The notes: generated by a model from the sequence alone, not told the origin. A stretch of 64,000 nt of DNA from Bacteroidia bacterium (GCA_965279035.1 OZ257142.1:2976001-3040000), one strand, 5' to 3'; shown: positions 44,366 to 54,886, counted from the first letter of the stretch. Numbers and translations: made by a program.

Positions 44366-44437
44366 ATTTCCGTTTTTCGGAAATGCATGGTAAGTTTTAA
44401 CGTGATTGTGGGGAAATAAATTCCGTTTTCCGGAAAT
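44366..44437. promoter_or_regulatory. Paired palindromic boxes TTCCG-N5-CGGAA upstream of the EPS operon
   Basis: ATTTCCG-TTTTT-CGGAAAT (44366-44384) and TTCCG-TTTTC-CGGAAAT (44421-44437), 53 bp apart in AT-rich intergenic DNA. Confidence 0.65.
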
Positions 44438-44499
44438 ACCCATCCATTATAAAAACTTTGAGGGTTGAGTGTTGCAGGCTTTCCTAATTTGAAGAACGT

Positions 44500-47400
44500 T
44501 TAAAAATTCTCATCTAAATACGTCTTCTCAGTCCCTGGTAAGGTTTTTAGAATTTCCCATCCACCATTTTTATTCTGCTTTTCAATTACATAAAATCCAA
44601 CTCCGTTTGGCCCCCAGCTTTGATATGGTGTCCAGAATAATTGATTATATACTTCATTATATGCTTCCACTTTTAATACAACATTATCACCCTCTACACC
44701 AGCGCCTGCTTCAACTTTACAAATGTTGCGTGCAAAAACCTGATATTGATATTTGGTTTCATTCACTTCCACTTGTTCATCCATGTAATAGGTTTGATCA
44801 ACCGGCAATTCTGCCAATAATACATACGGTTCTCCTTCAGCAGCGCGGTAAATTCCATATCCAGTAATTTTATCTAAAAGCGTATCAGGTGGTGCCCATT
44901 CCGTTAAAATCATCGAATTGTTTACCACTGTTGATCGTCCAATATTGACGTACTGGTTGATAAATGGATTTGATATTACTGCTGGCAAATCATAATCGGA
45001 TGAAGATTCTAAGTGGAGAATTCCATCCAGCTCTTGAGCTAAAACTTCATATTTGTATTGCACAGGACAAACCACCGAACTATCAACAAAATGGGTTGTT
45101 AAACCATCAACTGAACCTACGTTCAATAATGTACCAGTTCCAATTTCAGTTCTCAAAACGATATAGCTGTGTGGAAGTCGTCCTACATAAGGCGTCCAAT
45201 TCACATCAATGAGATTATTGAGTTGAGTGATTGCTTGTATATTGATCGTGCAGTGTTCTTGCAAGCTGTCGATATTTACTTTTCTACCACAGATATCAAC
45301 CGCTTCAACCTTATAACAATACACCGAATCCTGCGTGTTTACTTGGGTATCGTAAAAGCTTAATTGATGCGAATCATTGATAGTTGTAATTAATGAGTAG
45401 GTAGAAATACCGGAACTTCTTCGTAAAATGTTGTAATGAGAAAAATGTTCAGCAAAATTTTCAATCCATTCTATGATAATGGAATCAAGTCCTTCAACAG
45501 AAACGCGAAGTATTGGACTGATTGGTGGAGGAATGCTATCGAAAACTTCAACCGCCGATGGATAAGTGATCGAATCAGTACATCCATTTAAATTTTGAAC
45601 ATAAAGCGAAACATCATAAAATCCAGGATTTCCAAACGAATAGGTTGAATCGGGATTGGTAAATGTTGCTGTATCGTTAAAGACTAGTTCGTAGCTAGGA
45701 GAAAGCAAACTTGAACTGGTATTTTCAAATTCAACCAATAATGGTAAACAACCAGTGCCTTGCATGATAGATAAAGAAGCATCAGGAACGAGCAAAGCAT
45801 CCACCGAATCAACACGAAGTGTATCATAGCAACCCAATGAATTTTGAGTAACCAATTCGATATAATATTCACCCGCAGAGAAATAGGTATGTGAAGGAGT
45901 TGAATCGTTTAAGAATGCTGATCCATCGCCGAAATTCCAAGAATAATTTACTGCATCAGAAGTGAGATTATGAACGATTGGACTAAAAGGAGTACAACCA
46001 CTATCCGATTCTAGTGTGAATTGAGCATTTGGACGTTCGTATACTTGAAAAGGAATTGTGCTCGAATTGAAAGCAGAACAACCTACTGTATCGCGAGAGA
46101 ACAAGGTAATTACGTATGAACCCGGTTCGTCGTATAAGAATACCGGATTTTGATCAGTGCTCGACGTTCCTTCACCAAAGTTCCACTCCCACTCTACTGC
46201 ATTGAGCGATTGATCTTCAAACTGAAGTGGAACACCAACACATCCCGAGGCATTGGAAATTGTAAAGGAAGTTGCAGGTCCTAAAACTGTGATATAATCA
46301 GGACGAACAATGGTATCGGAACAACCAAATGCAGAAGTGACAATTAATTGAATAGAATAAATTCCTGGTGAATCGTAAAGTTTAACTGGATTTTGAAGCG
46401 AGGAACCACTATTGTCACCAAAATCCCAATCCCAAGAAACGGCAGTACCTGTACTATCATAAAATTCAACAATAGAAGGAGCACATGCAGCTGGTGAAGG
46501 TGAAACAAAATTGGCATGTATACTACTCACCCGAATAGGTGCAACCCAAGACGTATCCGAACAACCCGAAGGCGTAATTCCGACAACATAGGGACTGAAA
46601 AGTCCATCTTGTAAATAGGTATATGAAAATGCGGAGTCGGTAAAAATAGCTCCATCTCCGGTGTGCCATTCAAATTGTCCCTGCAAATTACTTTGTGCAA
46701 AAAACGAAACGGGCAATGGATTACATGAGCCAATATATGTTGCTGTTTGTTGAAGATGATAGATTAATACTCCCGGTTTAACAATCGAATCGGTACAACC
46801 AAAAGGAGTTGTAATGGTTAGTTTAACCGAATCGGCGGGTTCTTGAGAAAAGGTGATGAGCGGATTTTGTTCGGTAGATGTAATTCCGTTTCCAAAATCC
46901 CAAAACCAGGATTGAGCTTCTAAACTTGAATCGGAAAACTGAGCAATAGCAGGTAAACAGTTTTGATCTTGTGTAAAGCTAAAATCGGGATAGGCATTGT
47001 ACACGTGAATAGGATCGAAAAGAAGTGTGTCTTTACATGTTGTTATCCATGTTGTTGTAGCAATCATCATTAATCCACTGTATGTTCCAGTATCGGCATA
47101 CGCCAAATTCAATGTATCAGAATTGGTGAGGAAAGTAAGATTATCGTAATAATTCACATACGTTAAAGGAGCGGGAGAAATGATCTGTACTTCATGAGGA
47201 GCACAACCATCCCAATTCCCATTGATAATTACATCCAATTTGGGAGTTGCATAAACAATGTGTTGTGTGAGTGTATTATTATAAACACAACCATCCGAAG
47301 TCGTAATTTGAAGATGAATGGTATACGAACCTGTTGAATCATATTGATAAACTGGCTCAGCTAAATTCGAAGTTCCTCCATCACCAAACTGCCAGAAAAA

Positions 47401-50289
47401 CGATAATCCATTGGTGTTTGCCAATTGTTCAAAATGCACCGAATCGCGACAAACTGTTGTTGGATAGGAAACAAAAGGCATTGGTTTATTCATCAAAATA
47501 TTCTGATTCGAAATGGATGAACAACCCAAAGTATCGGTCACGATAACTCGAATATTAATTCCTGAATTCGTGAGCGGTGTTTGGTAATTTACTTGAACGC
47601 CATTGTATGGATTGCTAGTTCCAAAAACCCATTGAACTTGATCGAATAATGCAGCATTTGCTAAATCTGTAGCTATGAAAAACGTTGTACAATTATTACT
47701 AGTAGTTAGTAACATTTCGGCCGTATAACCGCCAATATTAATGCTTTGCGGATACGTTATTGTTTGAATTCCAAAAGGTGTATTTGCAGTATAGGAAACA
47801 TTATAAATACCCGGTGTTGTATACACTTTTAGTGGATTGGTATCCGTTGAAGTGGTTCCATCTCCAAAATTCCATTGAATTATTTGATGCGTTGGTGATT
47901 GACGGAAAAACGAAATTCCTGCAGGAGCACAAGAAATAAATGGTGTAGAAGGAATGGTGGTTGATGTTGGATTACTTCCACCACTTCCATTATTTCCTCC
48001 GTTTGGTAATGCAAAAGGATTACCTGTTACCGTGAGAGTACAACCATTAGCTATAACAGTTAATGTTGCAACGTAATTTCCAGCCGTTTGATATATATGA
48101 ATTGGGTTTGATTGTGTGGAAGTTGTTCCATCACCAAAATCCCAAAGCCAAGATGTAATTCCTCCTATTCCGGGAGTAAATGAAACCGGAGTTGGGAACG
48201 GATCAGCTGGATCGTATGAAGTTGAAAAAGAAGGATTGAATTCGGTAAATGTAACCGCATTAAATCCAACAAATGTTCGTTCGCAACCTGCAGCAGTGGT
48301 AATGGTTAAACCAACATGATAATTATTGGTTGTTGGATAATTATGTGTCGGATTGTGTTGTGTTGAAGTAGTACCATCACCAAAATCCCAAAGCCATGAA
48401 ACAGCATCCGAAATGGTATCAGAAAAATGAACCGTATGAGGTGGACATGGATCAACTATAACCTGGAATTCTGGAATAATTCCTTCAACCGTAATTTGCT
48501 GATAAATAGGATAAGATAATCCACAAATGCTTCCATCGCTCACTTGGAGTGAAACGGTATAATTTCCAGGTGATGTATATGTATGAGATGGTGCAGCTAA
48601 GTTCGAAGTAGTTCCATCACCAAAATCCCAAGCAAAAGAAGTGATATTGGGATCGTTAATTCCGAAAGACGTTGTAAATGGCGAGCAGCCTGAAATAGGC
48701 GGCGGTGTTGGATAATTTGCTAGTTGTGCCGTTACATTTACTCCTCCCGGAAAATCTAAAGTATCGGAACATCCTCCAGAACCATAAGCAATTAAACGTA
48801 CTTGATATTGTCCAAATGTGGTATAAATATGCGATGGCAATGAATCCGTTGAAGTTGTTCCATCACCAAAATCCCATAAATAGGAAATGGCATTGAGCGT
48901 CGTATTGGTAAACTGAACATTCAATGGAGGACAACCTGTGGTGTTGCTCATTGTTGCAAAAATCTCAGGAGCTGTAACAATTACATTCGAAACCGTAGTT
49001 GTTCTCCAGCAACCAAATTGATTGTAGGCTTTTAAGGTGATTGTATAAACTCCCGGTTGTGTATAGGAATAGATGGGAGTTGGATCGAAGGAATATCCTC
49101 CATCACCAAACGTCCAAAAATAATTAGTAGCACCAACTGAAGTATTGGTCAATTGCACCGCTAAGGGCGCACATCCAACTGTATTGGTTGCTGTAAATGC
49201 TGCAGTTGGTTTGGGATTCACATGAACAACTGCTGGTGCTGGTAAAGAATAGGTACAGCCGTTAGGCATAACCACAGTCAATGTAATGTCATAAGCTCCT
49301 GCTGGAAAATACGTAAGCGCAAACGTTGGCGTTGTTGCCGATTGTCCATCACTCGAATGCCACGAATACGAAGTAGCTCCCACAACCTGCGAACTCAATG
49401 TGGTTGCAAAAGGTAAACATCCACTTAAATTTCCAGAAATAATGGGTGTATTATCCGGAAAAACGGTTGCAACATTGGGAATAGTCACCGAATCGGCACA
49501 TCCAAAAGCATTGGTCATTTTCAATTCAACCGAAAAAACTCCTGAATTAGCAAATACATGATCTGGGTTGATATCACTACTAAAAAGTCCATCTCCAAAA
49601 TCCCATGTATACGTGTCATTTGTTACTGAGCCTGAAGTGAAATGAAAGTTTTGTTGAAGATCACAGGTGGAAGTGATATCGACCGAATAACTAGCATGTG
49701 GCGTTGCAATAACCTGTACGGGTTGTGGTAAATTTACTACCGTTTGACAACCATTCACGTTTGTTGCAAGCAAACTCACATTGTAAGTCCCTGTGTTATT
49801 GTAGGTTTTAATTGGATTTAGAAGTGAAGAAGTTGAACCATCACCAAAATCCCAGTTAAGGTTAGTTGCATCAGGAGAAACACAGGCAAATTGAAAACTG
49901 GTGAAATTATCGCAGCCATTGTAGGTGTTTACCGAAATGGCTAATTGAGGTCCCGGAGTAGCGGTAATGTAATTTGCAAGTGTTGTTGTATCACGAGAGC
50001 CATTAGCAGCAATGGCAATCAACCGAACAGTGTATGTTCCCGGTTGGATGTAAACATTCTGAGGATTAACAAGTGTGGAGAAATTTCCATTCCCAAAATC
50101 CCATTGATAAGAAACAGCATTGGTGGAAGTATTCGTAAAATTAACACTCAATGGAGCACAACCCGAAACGCTTGGTGTACTAAAACTAGCAATCGGAGTT
50201 TGTGCAGCTAGTCGAACCGAAATACACAGCAGCAGCATGAACAGGCGAATGCCTATTCTTCCCGGAAGCCCTTTAAGCGACTTCTTCAT
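44500..50289 (-). CDS. Giant PKD-repeat surface protein with C-terminal Fn3-like repeats
   Basis: Signal peptide ending LAAQ; about 15 W-x-FG(D/N)G PKD motifs preceded by GCxP; Fn3-like YCYKVEAVD / YKYEVLA / YQYQVFA. Start at ATG 50289 or GTG 50310. Confidence 0.92.
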   Translation of the reverse strand: MKKSLKGLPGRIGIRLFMLLLCISVRLAAQTPIASFSTPSVSGCAPLSVNFTNTSTNAVSYQWDFGNGNFSTLVNPQNVYIQPGTYTVRLIAIAANGSRDTTTLANYITATPGPQLAISVNTYNGCDNFTSFQFACVSPDATNLNWDFGDGSTSSLLNPIKTYNNTGTYNVSLLATNVNGCQTVVNLPQPVQVIATPHASYSVDITSTCDLQQNFHFTSGSVTNDTYTWDFGDGLFSSDINPDHVFANSGVFSVELKMTNAFGCADSVTIPNVATVFPDNTPIISGNLSGCLPFATTLSSQVVGATSYSWHSSDGQSATTPTFALTYFPAGAYDITLTVVMPNGCTYSLPAPAVVHVNPKPTAAFTATNTVGCAPLAVQLTNTSVGATNYFWTFGDGGYSFDPTPIYSYTQPGVYTITLKAYNQFGCWRTTTVSNVIVTAPEIFATMSNTTGCPPLNVQFTNTTLNAISYLWDFGDGTTSTDSLPSHIYTTFGQYQVRLIAYGSGGCSDTLDFPGGVNVTAQLANYPTPPPISGCSPFTTSFGINDPNITSFAWDFGDGTTSNLAAPSHTYTSPGNYTVSLQVSDGSICGLSYPIYQQITVEGIIPEFQVIVDPCPPHTVHFSDTISDAVSWLWDFGDGTTSTQHNPTHNYPTTNNYHVGLTITTAAGCERTFVGFNAVTFTEFNPSFSTSYDPADPFPTPVSFTPGIGGITSWLWDFGDGTTSTQSNPIHIYQTAGNYVATLTVIANGCTLTVTGNPFALPNGGNNGSGGSNPTSTTIPSTPFISCAPAGISFFRQSPTHQIIQWNFGDGTTSTDTNPLKVYTTPGIYNVSYTANTPFGIQTITYPQSINIGGYTAEMLLTTSNNCTTFFIATDLANAALFDQVQWVFGTSNPYNGVQVNYQTPLTNSGINIRVIVTDTLGCSSISNQNILMNKPMPFVSYPTTVCRDSVHFEQLANTNGLSFFWQFGDGGTSNLAEPVYQYDSTGSYTIHLQITTSDGCVYNNTLTQHIVYATPKLDVIINGNWDGCAPHEVQIISPAPLTYVNYYDNLTFLTNSDTLNLAYADTGTYSGLMMIATTTWITTCKDTLLFDPIHVYNAYPDFSFTQDQNCLPAIAQFSDSSLEAQSWFWDFGNGITSTEQNPLITFSQEPADSVKLTITTPFGCTDSIVKPGVLIYHLQQTATYIGSCNPLPVSFFAQSNLQGQFEWHTGDGAIFTDSAFSYTYLQDGLFSPYVVGITPSGCSDTSWVAPIRVSSIHANFVSPSPAACAPSIVEFYDSTGTAVSWDWDFGDNSGSSLQNPVKLYDSPGIYSIQLIVTSAFGCSDTIVRPDYITVLGPATSFTISNASGCVGVPLQFEDQSLNAVEWEWNFGEGTSSTDQNPVFLYDEPGSYVITLFSRDTVGCSAFNSSTIPFQVYERPNAQFTLESDSGCTPFSPIVHNLTSDAVNYSWNFGDGSAFLNDSTPSHTYFSAGEYYIELVTQNSLGCYDTLRVDSVDALLVPDASLSIMQGTGCLPLLVEFENTSSSLLSPSYELVFNDTATFTNPDSTYSFGNPGFYDVSLYVQNLNGCTDSITYPSAVEVFDSIPPPISPILRVSVEGLDSIIIEWIENFAEHFSHYNILRRSSGISTYSLITTINDSHQLSFYDTQVNTQDSVYCYKVEAVDICGRKVNIDSLQEHCTINIQAITQLNNLIDVNWTPYVGRLPHSYIVLRTEIGTGTLLNVGSVDGLTTHFVDSSVVCPVQYKYEVLAQELDGILHLESSSDYDLPAVISNPFINQYVNIGRSTVVNNSMILTEWAPPDTLLDKITGYGIYRAAEGEPYVLLAELPVDQTYYMDEQVEVNETKYQYQVFARNICKVEAGAGVEGDNVVLKVEAYNEVYNQLFWTPYQSWGPNGVGFYVIEKQNKNGGWEILKTLPGTEKTYLDENF

Positions 50290-50641
50290 TTTCGGGTTGC
50301 TGTTTTTCACGCGTGTATATATATTTTGAATAACACAATCTTATACACTAGAATGACAGACTTGTTTCTACATATTCTGAGTTTCCTTACGCTAATTTAC
50401 ACTATGAAAAAATAAATTAATCTATTTTAACATGCTGACATTGTTTACATTACAATAATATCAAACAAGTATTTTCACTAATTTATATTGAAACTAACAA
50501 GGCATTTTGAGAATATGAAAATTGAATTTGAAAATTCCTATTTCACCTGTAAACTGAATGATTCTCACAAAAAATTCATTGCTTTACAGAAAGGCAAAAT
50601 GTCTTCAAGAATCATCCATTTATTCAATATAGTTCGATGTT

Positions 50642-51820
50642 ATGAAAAATAGTATCCTTCTGTTTTTCCTAGTATTTATAGGAAGTTCAGTCCAATCACA
50701 AATTTATTCTGTAGGACATACCCAACAAATATTTACCGATCCTTCGCGTTCCAATCGAAGTATTCCTGCCGAAGTTTATTATCCATCAACTACTGATGGT
50801 GATAATGTCCCCATTGCTTCTGGACAATTTCCTGTCCTCATTTTCGGACATGGATTTTTAATGACATACGATGCATACAATGTGATATGGGATTGGATTG
50901 TTCCTGAAGGATTTATTATGGTATTTCCAACAACAGAAGGTTCTATTTCGCCATCACACACCGATTTTGCAAAAGACCTATCATTTTTAAATGGAGCGAT
51001 GAAATCGGAAGGATTAAACTCGAGTTCATTTTTCTACAATGCAATTGCAACCAAATCGGCCGTAATGGGACATTCAATGGGCGGTGGTAGTGCATTTTTA
51101 GCTGTTCAATATGATCCTACAATAACAGCATTAGCAACAGTAGCGGCAGCCGTTACAAATCCTTCTTCGGTAACAGCAGCTTCTTCTATTACAATTCCTT
51201 CATTAACTATTTCAGGTGCTAACGATTGTATTGCACCACCAGCTAATCATCAAATTCCGATGTATTATGCACTTGGTTCTAGTTGTAAATCGTTTGTGAG
51301 CATATTAGGAGCTAGTCATTGTCAATTTGCAGGAACGAGTTTTACGTGTTCATTAGGAGAAGCAACGTGTACGCCCGGTCCAGCCCTTGCACCTGCTCAA
51401 CAACAAGCAACTGCAAATTTCTATTTAACAACCTGGTTAAAATTTCAATTACAAGATGATTGTGCTTCAGGTCTTGATTTTCAAACAACGATTAGCACCG
51501 CCATTTCAATACAAGGACAACAAAACTGTTCTTTAACTTGTACTTCAACTGGTGAGAACATTCATTCAATACTATTTAAATTATCCATTCAACCGAATCC
51601 ATTTAATTCTGTATGCACAGTAAAATGTGAAAGAGAATTAAAAGATGCATCCTGTGTTATTTTAAACTCTCTAGGACAAGAAGTGAAATTGATTCAAGGA
51701 ATTCAAGGAAAAACCTTTGAATTTTCAAAAGCGGAGCTGAATTCAGGAATATATTTCATTCAAATTCAAGAGAACAATCAGGTTCTTGGAATTCAAAAAT
51801 TGATAATTGCGAATGATTAA
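50642..51820 (+). CDS. Secreted alpha/beta hydrolase (chlorophyllase/cutinase-like) with T9SS type A CTD
   Basis: FGHGF, GHSMGGG, NDC, SHCQF; CTD QPNPF..NSLGQEV..LNSGIYFI. Confidence 0.88.
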   Translation: MKNSILLFFLVFIGSSVQSQIYSVGHTQQIFTDPSRSNRSIPAEVYYPSTTDGDNVPIASGQFPVLIFGHGFLMTYDAYNVIWDWIVPEGFIMVFPTTEGSISPSHTDFAKDLSFLNGAMKSEGLNSSSFFYNAIATKSAVMGHSMGGGSAFLAVQYDPTITALATVAAAVTNPSSVTAASSITIPSLTISGANDCIAPPANHQIPMYYALGSSCKSFVSILGASHCQFAGTSFTCSLGEATCTPGPALAPAQQQATANFYLTTWLKFQLQDDCASGLDFQTTISTAISIQGQQNCSLTCTSTGENIHSILFKLSIQPNPFNSVCTVKCERELKDASCVILNSLGQEVKLIQGIQGKTFEFSKAELNSGIYFIQIQENNQVLGIQKLIIAND

Positions 51821-51849
51821 ATTATTGAATGTGTGTTAACTTAGAAATT

Positions 51850-52812
51850 CTACTTCTTATTTTTTTTATTGATTTTTCTAAAATAGCGTTGTAATAAAAA
51901 AGTATGTTGCAATGCTTCTAAATCGGCATCGAGTTTCTTTGAACCACTGTCTAAATTGGCTAATGTTTGTTTGATGTGAGTTCCTGTTTCAGCATCATTC
52001 AACAACAAGCCCAAAGGAGCATTGGTCGAATTTGCAGATTCTTTTACACTGCTTACAAAAGCAGATGCTGAATCTATGATTTCATGAAATTGAATAGCAC
52101 TTAATTTAAGTGAATTAAATAGAATAGTATCGCTCACTAGTTCATTAGCAAGAGAACCTTTTTTATTTAAACCTTTGGAATAGGTAGTGATAGAACTTAA
52201 AAATTCGTTTGCCTTCTGAGATGCATGATTGAGCGAGGTTCCAGCTTCATTCAATTGATTATATAAATCATCCTCTTTTAATAATTTACCAATAGTCCCA
52301 TTTCCATTTGATAAATCACTACTCACCACCTTTAAATCATTTGTAATTGCTAAAATATTTTTATTGTTTTCTTGTAAGGTATTAATCATATCGTCTGAAG
52401 TAAATGTTTTTTCAACTCCAAGTTGATCTCCTTGTTCTACAGTAGGATGCAAAGCAGTTCCCCCATAGATTATTAATATTTTATTCCCAATTAATCCATC
52501 CGTACTGAGTTTAACATATGAATTTTTTCGAATAAATGGAACTGAATTAACATCCACTTTCAATTCAACTCGTACTTTATTGTTTTCAACAAATTCAAGT
52601 TTACTAACAGTGCCAACTTTTACTCCCGAAAACCAAATATTATTTCCTTCTTTCAAACCATTTACATCATCAAATAGAGCAATTAATGTGATTTTTTGTT
52701 TAAAGGTTTCATGTATATTACCAATAACTAAGATGCCAGCTATAAGAAATATCAATCCCAATAAAACAAATATTCCAACAATTACAGGACGCCTTTTTGA
52801 TTTATTTTCCAT
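51850..52812 (-). CDS. mlaD: MlaD/MCE family protein
   Basis: VGIFV TM, FDDVNGLKEGNNIWFSGVKVGTV, TDGLIGNK, GNGTIGKLL. Confidence 0.9.
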   Translation of the reverse strand: MENKSKRRPVIVGIFVLLGLIFLIAGILVIGNIHETFKQKITLIALFDDVNGLKEGNNIWFSGVKVGTVSKLEFVENNKVRVELKVDVNSVPFIRKNSYVKLSTDGLIGNKILIIYGGTALHPTVEQGDQLGVEKTFTSDDMINTLQENNKNILAITNDLKVVSSDLSNGNGTIGKLLKEDDLYNQLNEAGTSLNHASQKANEFLSSITTYSKGLNKKGSLANELVSDTILFNSLKLSAIQFHEIIDSASAFVSSVKESANSTNAPLGLLLNDAETGTHIKQTLANLDSGSKKLDADLEALQHTFLLQRYFRKINKKNKK

Positions 52813-52814
52813 GA

Positions 52815-53585
52815 TTAATGTATAAAATTGTAGGAGTAAAACTTCTTTATTTCCTCATTCTCTGTAAGAAATACTTCATCAAATTTTCCAATTTTCTGAA
52901 AACTTCCATTGAGTAAAATAGCTACCCGATTGCCTGTTTCACGGGCACACGTTAAATCATGAGTAATGATTAATGACGTAGTCTTATATGTTTTTTGAAC
53001 TTGGTTGATGAGTTTATTTATTTCTGAAGATGTTATAGGATCCAAACCAGCTGTTGGCTCATCATACAACATAATTTCAGGTCTTAAAATTAATGTTCGA
53101 GCTATACCTATTCGCTTTCTTTGTCCACCCGATAAGTCGGAAGGCATTACATGTATCTTATCCATTAATCCAACGGCATTGAGCACTTCTTCCACTGCAA
53201 TTTTTATTTCTTGTTTACTCAATTCCTTTTTATTCATTTCTAAAGGAAAACGGATATTTTCCTCAACACTCATGCTGTCGTATAAAGCACTATTTTGAAA
53301 GGAAAATCCAACTCGTATTCTTAATTTATTGAGTTCTTTTTCAGAAATAGCATTCATATCTTGTCCGAGAACTTTTACATCACCACGATCGGATTTTATT
53401 AAGCCAACCAGAATTTTAATTAATACAGATTTTCCACTTCCTGATTTACCAAGAATTACAACATTTTCGCCTTTTCCAACGAGTAAATTAATTCCGTTTA
53501 AAACAGCTAAATCACCAAAGGATTTATATAAATCGTTTATTTCAATGATTGAATTTGAATTTGGTATTATAGGCTCGCTTTTCAT
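52815..53585 (-). CDS. mlaF: MlaF-like ABC ATPase
   Basis: GKSGSGKS, FQNSALYDSM, LSGGQRKR, YDEPTAGLDP, ITHD. ATG 53585 preferred (track 53606). Confidence 0.9.
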   Translation of the reverse strand: MKSEPIIPNSNSIIEINDLYKSFGDLAVLNGINLLVGKGENVVILGKSGSGKSVLIKILVGLIKSDRGDVKVLGQDMNAISEKELNKLRIRVGFSFQNSALYDSMSVEENIRFPLEMNKKELSKQEIKIAVEEVLNAVGLMDKIHVMPSDLSGGQRKRIGIARTLILRPEIMLYDEPTAGLDPITSSEINKLINQVQKTYKTTSLIITHDLTCARETGNRVAILLNGSFQKIGKFDEVFLTENEEIKKFYSYNFIH

Positions 53586-53587
53586 CT

Positions 53588-54382
53588 TTAATAATATCGA
53601 ATCCAATTAGAGACTTGAACAATGAGTATTTCTTCTATGAAAATCACAAAAATGGAAATTACTACTGCTTCATTCGCTGCTATTCCAACGCCTCGTGTTC
53701 CTTGACTAGCATTAAATCCTTTATAACATCCAATGGCTCCGATGGTAAATCCGTAGAAAATTGCTTTGACAACTGCAGTAAAAAAATCTAAAAAACTAAC
53801 ATTCGAAAATGCATTGTCGATATAAGCGAAAAAATTGGTTGACTCATTGGAATAGACATTGGTGAACGAACCAAATAATGCCACTATGGTGCAGTAAAAA
53901 GAAAGAATTGGAATAGTGATTAATGAGGCAGTAACACGAGTGGCAACTAGATATTTAAATGGATTTATAGCTGAAACTTCCATAGCATCTATTTGCTCCG
54001 TAACTTTCATGGAACCCAATTCAGCACCGATTCCAGAACCAACTTTCCCAGCACATATTATAGCCGTTACAAGTGGTCCTAATGCTTTAACAATGGCAAT
54101 TCCCATTAAAGAGGGCAACCAAGAAGTCGCACCTAAATCTTCTAATGGAGGTCGCGATTGTTTGGTGAAAACAATGCCAATAATAAATCCTGTGAGTGTA
54201 ATTAATGATAAGGACTTAACCCCAATTTCATAACATTGATTTACAATTTCCTTAAAGTGAAATGGAGGAATTAAAAGGTTCTTTAGTAATTGAATAAAAA
54301 AATGGAATGCTTTGTATAAACCTGTAAAATAGGCATCAAGCTCTTGGGATAGAAAGTATTTAGGAGAGCTTTTTTCTGGCAC
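53588..54382 (-). CDS. mlaE: MlaE ABC permease
   Basis: LGPLVTAIICAGKVGSGIGAELGSMKVTEQIDAMEV, GTRGVGIA. Confidence 0.93.
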   Translation of the reverse strand: MPEKSSPKYFLSQELDAYFTGLYKAFHFFIQLLKNLLIPPFHFKEIVNQCYEIGVKSLSLITLTGFIIGIVFTKQSRPPLEDLGATSWLPSLMGIAIVKALGPLVTAIICAGKVGSGIGAELGSMKVTEQIDAMEVSAINPFKYLVATRVTASLITIPILSFYCTIVALFGSFTNVYSNESTNFFAYIDNAFSNVSFLDFFTAVVKAIFYGFTIGAIGCYKGFNASQGTRGVGIAANEAVVISIFVIFIEEILIVQVSNWIRYY

Positions 54383-54529
54383 AAAAAGGACATATTAAGT
54401 TAAATAAATCATCATTTCTAATAAACAAAAATGAAGATTTCCTTTCTGAGCAAATTATATATTTATGGAAATAATTTACATAATTCTTCTTATTTCAATT
54501 TATTAAAAGAAATAATGAAATAATTCTAA

Positions 54530-54886
54530 TTAGTTCCCCGAATAAATACAGCCCGAAGTGCAGGTTTCAGCAACTTCAACATCTGAAAGTTCTGGTAATG
54601 CAGGTTTCACTTTATTCCAAATCCAAATGGCCAACTGCTCACTTGTTGGATTTTCCAATCCATCAATATCATTCAAATAATTATGATCAAGCAAATCGAG
54701 AAAGGGCCTAAATGCCTTTTTCAAATCCCCAAAATCCATAATCCAACCAGTTACAGCATCGGGTTGCCCTTCTACCCAAAGTCTAATTTTATACGAATGT
54801 CCATGCAAGCGACGACACTTATGTCCTTCAGGAACTGCTGGTAAAAAATGTGCAGCTTCGAAATTGAAATCCTTGTAAATTTTCAT
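54530..54886 (-). CDS. queD: 6-carboxytetrahydropterin synthase
   Basis: [43 protein letters not shown]; TAATTTTG box at 54929-54922. Confidence 0.96.
   Translation of the reverse strand: MKIYKDFNFEAAHFLPAVPEGHKCRRLHGHSYKIRLWVEGQPDAVTGWIMDFGDLKKAFRPFLDLLDHNYLNDIDGLENPTSEQLAIWIWNKVKPALPELSDVEVAETCTSGCIYSGN

Noticed and set aside
47850-50110. Repeated tccatcaccaaaatccca nucleotide motifs as a DGR or repeat array
   Set aside because: These are codons for the PKD WDFGDG motif; no reverse transcriptase or adenine-specific variation seen.
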